The position numbers were made by a program, and so were the translations under genes. Below are positions 18,736 through 27,597 of a DNA stretch of 54,237 nucleotides, in pieces (the stretch's first letter is position 1; each line of letters starts with the position of its first letter). The notes beneath the pieces were generated by a model, which worked only from the letters and a program-made list of their open reading frames with translations, searched no databases and was not told where the DNA came from. This DNA is from a bacterium (lineage in GTDB: Bacteria > Zhuqueibacterota > Zhuqueibacteria > Oceanimicrobiales > Oceanimicrobiaceae), in assembly GCA_046757165.1 (NCBI GenBank), contig JBHHXT010000010.1, forward strand, positions 1 to 54,237. The letters run 5' to 3'.

Positions 18736-19167
18736 TCACACGCCCAGAATCTGGACGCAGTAGCTCCGTTCCAGAGGGCCATCAAATTCAAGGAAATAAA
18801 TGGTTTGCCTGGAACCTTTGACAAGCTTGCCTCCCTGGACAGCAAACATGGCATTCATGCCTGCGAGAACGCTCTTGATGTGGGCATCCGCATTGAAGCC
18901 GAGCCGGCCATCAAAATCCAGGTAGCGCCGATGGTGGTAATTGTCCTCTTCAGGAACGATCCTGGCCAGATAATCCATAATATCTTCCTCCAGACACGGA
19001 ATGCCTTCCGTCACGGTCAATCCGGAGGAGGTGTGGAGGGTCATGACATTCACCAGGCCGTCCTGAACGCCGCTTTCGGTCACGACTTTTTCGACCTCCG
19101 GCGTGATATTGATGGCCTCCTCACTTCTGCGAGTCTGCACTTTGAGTTTTTCGAGAACGACTTTCAT
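18736..19167 (-). CDS. yjbQ: YjbQ (UPF0047) family protein
   Basis: HTSSGLTVTE, NADAHIKS and QTIYFLEFDGP motifs. Confidence 0.92.
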   Translation of the reverse strand: MKVVLEKLKVQTRRSEEAINITPEVEKVVTESGVQDGLVNVMTLHTSSGLTVTEGIPCLEEDIMDYLARIVPEEDNYHHRRYLDFDGRLGFNADAHIKSVLAGMNAMFAVQGGKLVKGSRQTIYFLEFDGPLERSYCVQILGV

Positions 19168-20024
19168 AGCTTAACCGGAGTTTTCTGTGCTAATAGCTTC
19201 TCTGCATTCTTTTGAAAAATCAAGTCCAGACAGCCGTCGGTCAGCCCCAGACTGCGAACAGCCTTGACCATATTCTTGATTTCCACACGAGGATAGTTCG
19301 AACCGAACAGGAGTTTCCATCTCAGGCTTCTTTCAACCACAGTAATGGGAATCTGATGGGACATGACAAATCGCAAGAATTCCGCCGGACTGTCAAAATA
19401 CAAGCACGAAGTATCGATGAAAATATTCTTGTATTTCAGGGATAGCGCCACGGATTCAAGCACCCAGGGCCAGCCGAAATGAGCAATCACGATGTTCAAC
19501 TCCGGGAATTCGGTCGCGGCCTCCTCGAGTCTGCCCGGGTGTCCGGGCATGAGCTTGGTCTCGGGCTCCCAGCTCATGCCGGCATGAAAGATGACCGGGA
19601 TTCCAAGCTGTTCTGCTTTTTCATAGACGGGAAATGCCAGGTTGCGGTCAGTGGGATCGAAACCCTGGGTAGCCGGCGATAGCTTGAGCCCTTTGAGGTT
19701 GAGCTCTTTTATGCCTTTCTCCAAATGTTCCGGCGCCTTGGGATCATTTGGGTCAACACTTGCAAATCCAATAAACCGATCAGTTTTCTCACACAACGCC
19801 GCAACGATTTCGTTGGTTGAAATCGAGACCCCGGTGCGGGAGGCGCAGTCGATGGGCAGGAGCACAGATTTTTCGATGCCCGCGACATCCATTTGGAGCA
19901 GGAACGTGTCTATCGGCTGCAGGTTGTTGCCAATATGAAAGACCTCGCGGGTGGCGCGCATCTGCTCTGGATGTGACTCGACAATTTCACGAATCAACAC
20001 GGGATGTGTGTGAAAATCAATCAA
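19164..20024 (-). CDS. Amidohydrolase family protein (Amidohydro_2)
   Basis: IDFHTH, FIGFASVDP, GLKL, VIFHAG, IAHFGWPW, LFGSNYP. Confidence 0.9.
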   Translation of the reverse strand: MIDFHTHPVLIREIVESHPEQMRATREVFHIGNNLQPIDTFLLQMDVAGIEKSVLLPIDCASRTGVSISTNEIVAALCEKTDRFIGFASVDPNDPKAPEHLEKGIKELNLKGLKLSPATQGFDPTDRNLAFPVYEKAEQLGIPVIFHAGMSWEPETKLMPGHPGRLEEAATEFPELNIVIAHFGWPWVLESVALSLKYKNIFIDTSCLYFDSPAEFLRFVMSHQIPITVVERSLRWKLLFGSNYPRVEIKNMVKAVRSLGLTDGCLDLIFQKNAEKLLAQKTPVKL

Positions 20025-20085
20025 AACCCTCTCCCTTCTGAGGCAAGTACTGAGGTTATTCCGGCTCGAGACTTGTTCGCGTCGA

Positions 20086-21147
20086 CTACTCCTCCAGCAT
20101 CACCACCTGACTGAGATGCCGCGGCGTATCCGGATTGATCCCCTTTGCCTCCGCTCGGTAAAAGCTAAAGAGTTGTGCTACAACCATGAACAGCAGCGTC
20201 CGAAAGGCGTCGGGAACGCCACTGTTTATTTCCACCACCAGGTCGGCGGTATTCAAAATGGTCTGGGTTGGTGTGTCGCAAAGCGCCAGTGTTTTCGCAC
20301 CCAATCTCTGCACGTCCGCCAGCAATGCTTCCTCCTGAGAAATCCCCTGGCTCGAAAAGAACAAGGTAACCAGCGTGTTTTTGTCAACGATCGCCATCGG
20401 TCCATGCCGGTACTCCAAAACATGATAAGCTTCCGACATCGAGATGGTCATTTCCTTCATTTTGAGCATGGATTCGCAGGCAATGCCATAGAACGGTCCC
20501 TGACCGAGAAAAACGAAATTCTTCAGGGAGAGCTGTGCCGCCATCTGTTGGAGTGTTTTTGAATGGGATTTCAGCAAGGACGCAGCCAGATCCGGAAGTT
20601 TCACAATATCCGCATGGACCGCCAGCGATTTTACGGCCAAACAGGCCATCAGAGCACAGATCAACAGCATGCTGGTGAAGGATTTGGTCATGACGACGCT
20701 ATGTTCAATGGCGCCTCTGGCCACCAGACTGCGGTCACAAATCTCAACCAAGTCGTTCGATGGATAGCAAGTGAGCGCCAAAGTCTCGATATTCAGTTTC
20801 TCTTTGAGGTAGGTGGCGGCCCACTTGGTTTCAGTGGTTTTGCCCGAACGGGAAATTAGAACGGCCAGGTAATCCCCCGGCGAAGTAAATATTGATTCTG
20901 GAAAGAGAAAGACATCAGACGAAGGCACGGCTCTTGCCTTTCGATTCGCAATCGTCGAAAAAATACTTGCCGCTGACAGAGCAAGATAGTACGATGTCCC
21001 GCATCCAATAAACACGACTTCTGAACCCGCTTTGTGTTGAAGATATTCGTGGATGTCATCCTGGGCTTCATTCATATGCTCAATCGCCGCTCGCCATGCT
21101 GCAGGCTGTTGCAATATCTCAGTGAGTGTCTGGCTTTGCATATTCAC
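20086..21147 (-). CDS. Double SIS-domain sugar-phosphate isomerase/deaminase (AgaS, GlmS C-terminal or FrlB-like)
   Basis: EILQQP, IGCGTSYY, ISRSGKTTE, MTKSFT, ESMLKMKE, EYRHGP, NPDTPRHLSQVV. No glutaminase domain. Confidence 0.9.
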   Translation of the reverse strand: MNMQSQTLTEILQQPAAWRAAIEHMNEAQDDIHEYLQHKAGSEVVFIGCGTSYYLALSAASIFSTIANRKARAVPSSDVFLFPESIFTSPGDYLAVLISRSGKTTETKWAATYLKEKLNIETLALTCYPSNDLVEICDRSLVARGAIEHSVVMTKSFTSMLLICALMACLAVKSLAVHADIVKLPDLAASLLKSHSKTLQQMAAQLSLKNFVFLGQGPFYGIACESMLKMKEMTISMSEAYHVLEYRHGPMAIVDKNTLVTLFFSSQGISQEEALLADVQRLGAKTLALCDTPTQTILNTADLVVEINSGVPDAFRTLLFMVVAQLFSFYRAEAKGINPDTPRHLSQVVMLEE

Positions 21148-21395
21148 TCCTTCCCCGGCGTCAAAGATTACGGCATCGTCAGATGACGAAGAATTGGCCT
21201 CAGTGGCTCATCATCAGGCTGGTGAAAATCCACACTTCATGCTCTGCAGCAGGCATCCGGCGACAGACAACTCGCTGGGTTCTAGCTGTACTACAAGCCG
21301 ACAACATTGTGTTTTCTTAGCATAGTTTTGACGCTTCAGAACATCTTTTAGCCACAGTGGGTTGCGGCCCCAGGGCCGCGCCATCGTGACGTTCC

Positions 21396-22187
21396 TCAGG
21401 CGATTATGACTTCAATCCCATTGTCGACCAAGTATGACAAATCCTCTTCAGGAATGCCACTATCCGTGACGACCTTTGAAATCTTGCTCACGTCTGCGAT
21501 GAGGGAAAAGCTTCGAACACCGAATTTGCTCGAGTCCGCCACCACGATGGTCTCGCGGGAAATTTCGATCATCTGCTTGTTGAGTTGCGCTTCCAGAACA
21601 TTGGGAGTCGTGAGACCATATCTAACGTGGAAGCCATCGACTCCCAAAAAGAATTTCTCCACAAAGTGTTTGCGCAGAGTCGATTCTGCGTGGGGCCCAA
21701 CAAGCGAATAAGATTCGGGGCGCATGATACCCCCGGTGAGGATCACTTTCAACTTTTCGAATTGAGCCAATTCCCAGGCAATGTTGATTGCGTTGGTGAT
21801 GATGGTGAGATTCTTCTTGGTCCCCAGATTCCGGGCTATTTCCATGGTAGTGGTTCCGGAATCGAGAATCACGGTTTCTCCGTCCTGGACCAGAGCAGCC
21901 GCCCCTTTGCCGATTCGCCGTTTTTCTTCGACCTGCTTTTTCTTCTTGTCTTCAACCGGGAGATCCTTGACGAAGAAATTCGAGCGGATGGCGCCCCCAT
22001 GTGTACGGTGAACGAGCCCTTTTTGTCCGAGAACTTTCAAATCATTGCGAATGGTCACCTCAGAAACATGAAACTGTTTGCATATATCCTGAACACGGAC
22101 ATTCCCTTCTCTTTGCAGGACGTCCAGGATTTCGCTTCGCCGTTCAACAGTGGTCAGCGGGGAACGATGATTCTTGGGCATTGGCAT
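21396..22187 (-). CDS. agaR: DeoR/GlpR family transcriptional repressor, AgaR-like
   Basis: HTH VSEVTIRNDL...RTHGGA, LDSGTTT, ITNAINIA, ADSSKFG. Adjacent to an SIS gene and a CTTTC-repeat operator. Confidence 0.8.
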   Translation of the reverse strand: MPMPKNHRSPLTTVERRSEILDVLQREGNVRVQDICKQFHVSEVTIRNDLKVLGQKGLVHRTHGGAIRSNFFVKDLPVEDKKKKQVEEKRRIGKGAAALVQDGETVILDSGTTTMEIARNLGTKKNLTIITNAINIAWELAQFEKLKVILTGGIMRPESYSLVGPHAESTLRKHFVEKFFLGVDGFHVRYGLTTPNVLEAQLNKQMIEISRETIVVADSSKFGVRSFSLIADVSKISKVVTDSGIPEEDLSYLVDNGIEVIIA

Positions 22188-22272
22188 TGGTTCTTGTCTT
22201 TTGGTTTTTGGCCGAAACGCAAGTTAGTAAGATAGTGAAAGGCAAGAATCTTTTGTTTTGGGGTAATCATGT

Positions 22273-22324
22273 CTTTCAATTGCTTTCGCATTTGCATAAA
22301 ACGAAATTAATTTCTCTTTGTCAA
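22273..22324 (-). promoter_or_regulatory. Putative AgaR-type operator next to a -35 box
   Basis: CTTTC-N5-CTTTC at 22273-22287, then N15-GAAAT at 22303-22307. TTGACA on the minus strand at 22324-22319. Confidence 0.6.
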
Positions 22325-22461
22325 GTCTTTTTTTACAAAAATGTATTATTCTTGCGGGCCGGTTTGGTGCCGGGGTGGCTCGAGGGCCTCCGAAGCGGCA
22401 GTGGTGTTGCTGGTAAGTTGATGAATGTTATCTTGAAAGGGCGGGACTCGAAAGGCTGCTG

Positions 22462-23085
22462 TTACAGGTCGACTCGATTCTTAATCTCCTCCAAAATCCC
22501 CTCCAGCCAATCCACATCCTCGTGCATATCGAAGTTGTCGGTATCCACGATTAACAGCTCCCAGGTGGGGGCAATTTTTTTGATCCATTTCTCGTAGCCG
22601 ATGTTGAGCTGGGCCAGGTATTCCCGGTCCACGCTGCGCTCATACTCGCGGCCACGTTTGCGAATCCGGCTGATGAGCGTCCAGGTCGAGGCCCTCAGGT
22701 AGACGACGATGTCCGGTCTTTTGAGCGATTGGACCATGGCCTGGTACAGGTTTTTGTAGGAGTCGTAGTCCCGCGCCGGCATGAGCTCGCGCAGGTAGAG
22801 ATTGCGCGCGAAGATTTCGGCATCTTCGTAGATGGTCCGGTCCTGAATGCAGACAGCCTTCCTGGTTTGAATCGCAAGATGGTCATTGAAGCGCTGGGTC
22901 AGGAAGAAGATCTGCGAGTGGTATGCCCAACGTCGCATGTCCCGGTAGAAATCTTGAAGGTAGGGATTCTGCTCTTGTGGCTCATAGTAAGTCTCCCAAC
23001 CAAAGCGCTCGTTGAGCCGCCTTGTGAGTGTGGTTTTGCCGACCCCCATGTTGCCGGCGATGGCAATGAATTTTGACCTGGACAA
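22462..23085 (-). CDS. Deoxynucleoside kinase
   Basis: IAIAGNMGVGKTT P-loop, QDRTIYED, RIRKRGREYE. Confidence 0.95.
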   Translation of the reverse strand: MSRSKFIAIAGNMGVGKTTLTRRLNERFGWETYYEPQEQNPYLQDFYRDMRRWAYHSQIFFLTQRFNDHLAIQTRKAVCIQDRTIYEDAEIFARNLYLRELMPARDYDSYKNLYQAMVQSLKRPDIVVYLRASTWTLISRIRKRGREYERSVDREYLAQLNIGYEKWIKKIAPTWELLIVDTDNFDMHEDVDWLEGILEEIKNRVDL

Positions 23086-23261
23086 GCTTTGGTACCTTTT
23101 TCCGGATGGCTGTTTACATTGCTTTGAAAGCAGGAGCTCGAGCGGTTGCTTAAGTTTGTGATTTCCCGTCTAAAAAGCAAGGTTTTTTAAGCCAATTTAA
23201 TTCATTGCGAATGCCAACCATTTTTCTTACTATTTGTCTAACCTCCTGAAAAGAATAACAG

Positions 23262-23873
23262 ATGAACAGTGAAGAACAAGCAATCATCCAGGCCGCCCAG
23301 GAGGGAAATATTCTGGCCTTCGAGTCGCTGGTGAAGCGATACGACCGGCAGGTGCTGCAGCTTGCACTCAGCCTGGTCAACCACCGGCAGGATGCGGAGG
23401 ATATTTATCAGGAAGTATTTGTTCGGGTGTATAAAAACCTGCACCGGTTTCAGTTCAGGAGTGAATTCTCCACCTGGCTCTATCGTGTCGTGGTCAACGC
23501 CTGTATCAACTACCTGAAAAAGAAACAGCGCACGAAGACCCTTCCTTTGGACGGGAGTACTTGCGGCAAAGAACAAGGCTTGCGGAATACCCTGCCTGGC
23601 AGTGAAAAAAACCCGGAGGAATCGATTTTGAACCAGGAGCTGTCCGGGGAGATCGATGAGGCGCTCGAGAAGTTGTCGCCCAGGCAGAAGATGGTTTTCG
23701 TCTTACGTCACTATCATGGGCACAAGCTGCAGGAGATAGCAGAAATCATGAATTGTTCACTTGGGACGGTGAAGAATTATCTTTTCCGCTCAACACAAAG
23801 AATGCAACAGCTGTTGCGCGAGTATTCGGCAACTCGAGGAAAGAACGATGAATCTGCCAAAAGATCTGGATGA
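23262..23873 (+). CDS. ECF RNA polymerase sigma-70 factor
   Basis: DAEDIYQEVF, FSTWLYRVVVN (region 2), EIAEIMNCSLGTVKNYLFR (region 4). Confidence 0.95.
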   Translation: MNSEEQAIIQAAQEGNILAFESLVKRYDRQVLQLALSLVNHRQDAEDIYQEVFVRVYKNLHRFQFRSEFSTWLYRVVVNACINYLKKKQRTKTLPLDGSTCGKEQGLRNTLPGSEKNPEESILNQELSGEIDEALEKLSPRQKMVFVLRHYHGHKLQEIAEIMNCSLGTVKNYLFRSTQRMQQLLREYSATRGKNDESAKRSG

Positions 23874-24783
23874 AGCGATTCTGCTCTATCTGTATGATGA
23901 GCTTGCTGATGCTGACAAACGGGAGCTGGAAGCACACATCCAGGACAACCCGCAGAGTCGCAAGAGGCTGCAGGAGATGCAAGCGTTTCATCACCTCCTG
24001 GACCGGCGGGCAGCTCTGACGCCCTCAGCCGCGTTGCTGCAGAAGGTGCGTTCAGATTTGCGACGGCGGCTGCGTGAAGAACGGTTGACTTTACCGCAAG
24101 AAAGCTGGTGGGCCAAATTGCTCCGTCCCATCCAGGCGAAAAGACCCGGGTGGCAGGCTGCTGCCGCAGCCACGTTGCTCCTCCTGGGAGTGGTGGTCGG
24201 GCGCTACCTGCTGCCGGCTGAAGCGGCTCACCCGCCGCTGTTTCAGCAGGCGGCGAGCATGCCGTCCATCTCCAACGTGGACTTGATCGAATATGACCCG
24301 AAGACGGGCGTGGTCACCGTGCACTACAAGACGGTGCAGGAGGTGGCGCTGCAAGGCGACATAGAGGACGCCTCCATCCGTCGCGTCTTGAGTTATGCGA
24401 TTCGTACGGAAGACCATCCCGGCCGCCGCCTGGCTGCCGTCAAGGCCGCTGCCTCTCGCACGCCGTTCGCAGATGAGGAGCTCCAGGCGGCGCTCATTCA
24501 GGCCATGGAGAAGGATGAAGTCGCCGGCGTTCGTCTGCGCGCTGCGAAGGTGTTGCAGGCGTTGCCGCTCAGCCAGCCTGTCAAGGATGCGTTCATCCGC
24601 GTGCTGCTAAAAGACCCGAATCCCGCCATTCGGATTGAGGCGCTGGAGTCGTTGAGCAAGGGGGTGGCGGAAGATGTGCGACCGATCTTGCGGAACGCGG
24701 CCGAAGACGATGACAACGAATACGTCAGGCTGAAAGCCGCCAGGACCCTGGAAAGAACAAAGAATCCGGATTCAGGCAGATAG
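23848..24783 (+). CDS. Anti-sigma factor (degenerate zf-HC2-like N-terminus, TM, periplasmic HEAT repeats)
   Basis: Overlaps the sigma gene. LYLYDEL...LEAHI N-terminus, one TM, and repeated D.N..VRL.A..L HEAT units. Confidence 0.85.
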   Translation: MNLPKDLDEAILLYLYDELADADKRELEAHIQDNPQSRKRLQEMQAFHHLLDRRAALTPSAALLQKVRSDLRRRLREERLTLPQESWWAKLLRPIQAKRPGWQAAAAATLLLLGVVVGRYLLPAEAAHPPLFQQAASMPSISNVDLIEYDPKTGVVTVHYKTVQEVALQGDIEDASIRRVLSYAIRTEDHPGRRLAAVKAAASRTPFADEELQAALIQAMEKDEVAGVRLRAAKVLQALPLSQPVKDAFIRVLLKDPNPAIRIEALESLSKGVAEDVRPILRNAAEDDDNEYVRLKAARTLERTKNPDSGR

Positions 24784-24860
24784 GCTGTAGGCTTTTAGGC
24801 TGTAGGAAGATGAGAAGAGCTACAGCCTAAAAGCCTACAGCCCAAAAGCCTACAGCCTAA
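24781..24860. repeat. Inverted short-period tandem repeat (TAGGCTG/CTACAGCC) hairpin
   Basis: TAGGCTGTAGGCTTTTAGGCTGTAG at 24781-24805 pairs with CTACAGCCTAAAAGCCTACAGCCCA at 24820-24844. The same motif occurs at 32044-32071 and 32390-32421. Confidence 0.85.
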
Positions 24861-24878
24861 TCTGAAGGAGACCAACCC

Positions 24879-26156
24879 ATGAAACCGAAGACTATCAGGA
24901 TTCACCGCTCACTTGCTGTGCTGTTTTGTACACTCTCTTGCCTCGGCGCTCAGCTCGCTGCGCAGGAGCTGACCAAATCTGGCAGATATTATGTCGCTGA
25001 AATTAGCAGGACGTTCAAGGTCGGCGAGGGCGGCACCATTCGCATTTTCGAAATCCGCGGGGATGTGGTCGTTTCGGCCTGGGCCAAACCGGAGGTGTTC
25101 GTCAAAGAGATCAAGAAGATGGACGTCTTCACACGCGAGGAGGCCGAAACCGTGCTCGAGCGCTCGAAGTCCAGCTACCGCCAGGAGGGCAATGACATAG
25201 CCATTGGTGGCGAATATTACCGGCGCGACTGGATCAAGAGTGTTTTCGAAGTGAGCGCGCCGACGTCGTTCAGTGTGGACATTCAGACACGTGGCGGGGA
25301 TCTCGCAGTGAGCGATTTGGCCGGTGCTGTGAAGTTGAGCACCTCGGGTGGCGAAATTGTCCTGCGCAATATCGGCGGCAGAGTGAACGCAAAAACCTCT
25401 GGCGGCGATATTCGGGTGATCAACGCCGACGATGAGGTGACCTTGAAAACTTCCGGCGGGGACCTGGAGCTGGAAGATATCGCCGGCCCCCTAACCGCCA
25501 AAACCTCGGGCGGGGATATCACCCTGAGAACCTCCGGCGGCGAAGTGATTTTGCACACCTCAGGCGGCAGCATCGAAATCGAGCAGGTGCAGGGCGACCT
25601 CGAGGCCCATACCTCCGGGGGCGATATCACTGTGGTCGACACTCAGGGGGATGTTGAGGTGCACACTTCCGGTGGGGACATCAGGTTTCGTAACGTCGGG
25701 GGCGCACTCGATGCATCCACCTCCGGCGGGGATATTAGAGGTCGGACTGTTGTCGGCAGCGCACGCGTTTCCACGGCTGGCGGCGACATTGAGATCGACC
25801 GCTTGCAGGGCGGAATTGAGGGCAAAACCGCCGGCGGGGACATCATCGTAGAAATGACCCTCACCGACTTCTCGAAGGAGCACCGCGTCGAGCTGCGCAC
25901 CGCCGGAGGAGAGATCAGGCTGGTGATCCCCGAAAAGCTGCCGGCACGAATTCGCGCAGAAATCGAAGTCTCGGACAGGTGGGAGTCGTACAACATCTAC
26001 TCGGACTTTCCCCTGACCAGCTCAGACCAGGACGAAGATCGCAGGTCGCGCCGACACCGGCGCTACATCACCAGTGAAGGTGAGATCAACGGTGGGGGGA
26101 ATTTGATCGACCTGTACACGCACAATGGCAATATTTATATCAAGAAGCTGCGATAG
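24879..26156 (+). CDS. DUF4097 family beta-strand repeat protein
   Basis: AAGGAG RBS, signal peptide, many T(S/A)GG(D/E)I repeats. Typical partner of ECF/anti-sigma pairs. Confidence 0.9.
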   Translation: MKPKTIRIHRSLAVLFCTLSCLGAQLAAQELTKSGRYYVAEISRTFKVGEGGTIRIFEIRGDVVVSAWAKPEVFVKEIKKMDVFTREEAETVLERSKSSYRQEGNDIAIGGEYYRRDWIKSVFEVSAPTSFSVDIQTRGGDLAVSDLAGAVKLSTSGGEIVLRNIGGRVNAKTSGGDIRVINADDEVTLKTSGGDLELEDIAGPLTAKTSGGDITLRTSGGEVILHTSGGSIEIEQVQGDLEAHTSGGDITVVDTQGDVEVHTSGGDIRFRNVGGALDASTSGGDIRGRTVVGSARVSTAGGDIEIDRLQGGIEGKTAGGDIIVEMTLTDFSKEHRVELRTAGGEIRLVIPEKLPARIRAEIEVSDRWESYNIYSDFPLTSSDQDEDRRSRRHRRYITSEGEINGGGNLIDLYTHNGNIYIKKLR

Positions 26157-26236
26157 TCCCAGACAAGTCAAGTTTTGTCATGCTTTGGCAAGACCTTTTT
26201 GTGGTACAGTTTCTTGCGGTTTTAGAGTTTAGGATT

Positions 26237-26285
26237 TCGAATTTCCGGTCGTTAAATCCCGCGCCTTCTGCGGGGCTCGTCCGGC
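26237..26285. repeat. 49-bp repeat, left copy of the inverted pair around the MBL gene
   Basis: 43/49 identical to the reverse complement of 27180-27228 (aligned by eye). Confidence 0.85.
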
Positions 26286-26291
26286 CGGGTG

Positions 26292-27158
26292 CTAAAACGC
26301 CATGCTCTCGAACGGCCTGGTGAAAATGATCGCGCCCGGATACTTGTTGTGCACTTTCCGGGCCACCTCCTGCAGCTCCTGCGGCGGAATATGGATAGCG
26401 ATGATTTGTCCGGCGTTGATGTGTTGGGTCACAACCGGGTCGAACGAGTCGTAGATCAAGAACCAGTAGGGGAGGAAGGCAAAATCGATGCCCTCGTTGG
26501 CTAGGTTGAATGATTCAATGTTTTCAACCGCCGGTTCCGCGTCACCGAGGTGCAGGAATTTGTACTTGCCGATCTTGATAATGTAGCCCATGTTTTGAAT
26601 GTGCTCGTATTTTTTCGAGCCGTGCTTCATGCCGAGGACCTTCACCTCGATGCCCGCCACGTTGACCTCACTGAAGGCTTTCCACGCCGGCGTCACGGTT
26701 TTGATTTGTTTCTTGATTTTGGCAGAATCGCTGAACTCTTTTTGCACCGCAGAGGTCATTTGGTCCGCGGCAAGAAATGTCGTCACCGGACTGTAGAGCA
26801 AATGCTTGCCCACGGTCGCTGCGTCGAAATGGTCGCCGTGCAGATGGGTCGCGAGAATGAGATTGATCCGCTCAAACGGTTTCAAGCCGCTGACCATTTT
26901 GTCGAGCGTTTGCCGGGCCGGGCGCTCGTACAAAGGATTCCCCCGGTAGTGGTGCGCGTCGATGAGAACTTTCTTGCCTGCGAAGCTTATCATGACCCCG
27001 GCGTTGGCGACGTAGGTGATTCGAGGCCGGTCGTTGGCAGGAGTCAACGGTTTCGGGCCGAGCTCAGTCGCTTTCACGGCGGATGTGAGTGCCAGGAAGC
27101 CGATGAAAAACCCGCGGAGACAAACCCTCTTCTTGTCAGTGGACATCAGTGTACTCAT
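26292..27158 (-). CDS. MBL-fold metallo-hydrolase, secreted
   Basis: YVANAGV, LIDA, THLHGDH, HLGDA and IAIH motifs. N-terminal signal peptide. Confidence 0.9.
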   Translation of the reverse strand: MSTLMSTDKKRVCLRGFFIGFLALTSAVKATELGPKPLTPANDRPRITYVANAGVMISFAGKKVLIDAHHYRGNPLYERPARQTLDKMVSGLKPFERINLILATHLHGDHFDAATVGKHLLYSPVTTFLAADQMTSAVQKEFSDSAKIKKQIKTVTPAWKAFSEVNVAGIEVKVLGMKHGSKKYEHIQNMGYIIKIGKYKFLHLGDAEPAVENIESFNLANEGIDFAFLPYWFLIYDSFDPVVTQHINAGQIIAIHIPPQELQEVARKVHNKYPGAIIFTRPFESMAF

Positions 27159-27179
27159 TCAATTACCCTCCTAGATTAA

Positions 27180-27228
27180 GCCGGACAGGCCCCGCGGAAG
27201 GCGCGGGATTTAGCATCCGGAAATTCGA
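27180..27228. repeat. 49-bp repeat, right copy of the inverted pair
   Basis: GCCGGACAGGCCCCGCGGAAGGCGCGGGATTTAGCATCCGGAAATTCGA, the inverse of 26237-26285. Confidence 0.85.
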
Positions 27229-27334
27229 TAACCACACGGATTTCTATTCAAGTTTATTCGTGCAAATTCGTGTCAATTCGTGGCAAAATCAATCAATGGC
27301 TTGCGGTCGAAGCAAATCAGTCAGGCTTGAGCCA

Positions 27335-27448
27335 GTCTAAACAAACTCCTAAAACTATCCGCGCTTCCGACCCACTCACATAATCGTAATTTGCAAGGTT
27401 CACTATCGTTGGTCTAAATAAACTCCTAAAACTATCCGCGGTTCCGAC
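27335..27448. CRISPR. Candidate orphan mini CRISPR-like unit (two 37-bp direct repeats, one 40-bp spacer)
   Basis: GTCTAAA(C/T)AAACTCCTAAAACTATCCGCG(C/G)TTCCGAC at 27335-27371 and 27412-27448 (2 mismatches). No cas genes in the window. Confidence 0.35.
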
Positions 27449-27597
27449 AACCTTTTTGCGAAATGCGTGTCTTAGAAGTTGAGGGCCTCAACAAAAGCAA
27501 CTAATCAGAAACAATCTCGTCTTTAAGACTGACGTTTCCAGCAGAAAGTTTTCAAGGCGTACCACCTCGTTGAACGGCATCTCAATCACTTAAGAGT

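Noticed and set aside
21150..21395. glmS ribozyme upstream of the SIS gene
   Set aside because: Only a partial TCGCCGGATGCC resemblance is present. The AGCGCC cleavage site and GACGAGG core are absent, and the gene lacks a glutaminase domain.
25280..25920. Repeated ACCTCCGGCGG-like DNA motifs
   Set aside because: They encode the TSGGDI protein repeats of DUF4097 and are not a DNA-level array.
26292..27158. Acquired metallo-beta-lactamase resistance gene
   Set aside because: The motifs fit a generic UlaG-like MBL-fold hydrolase, and nothing in the sequence specifically indicates a class B beta-lactamase.
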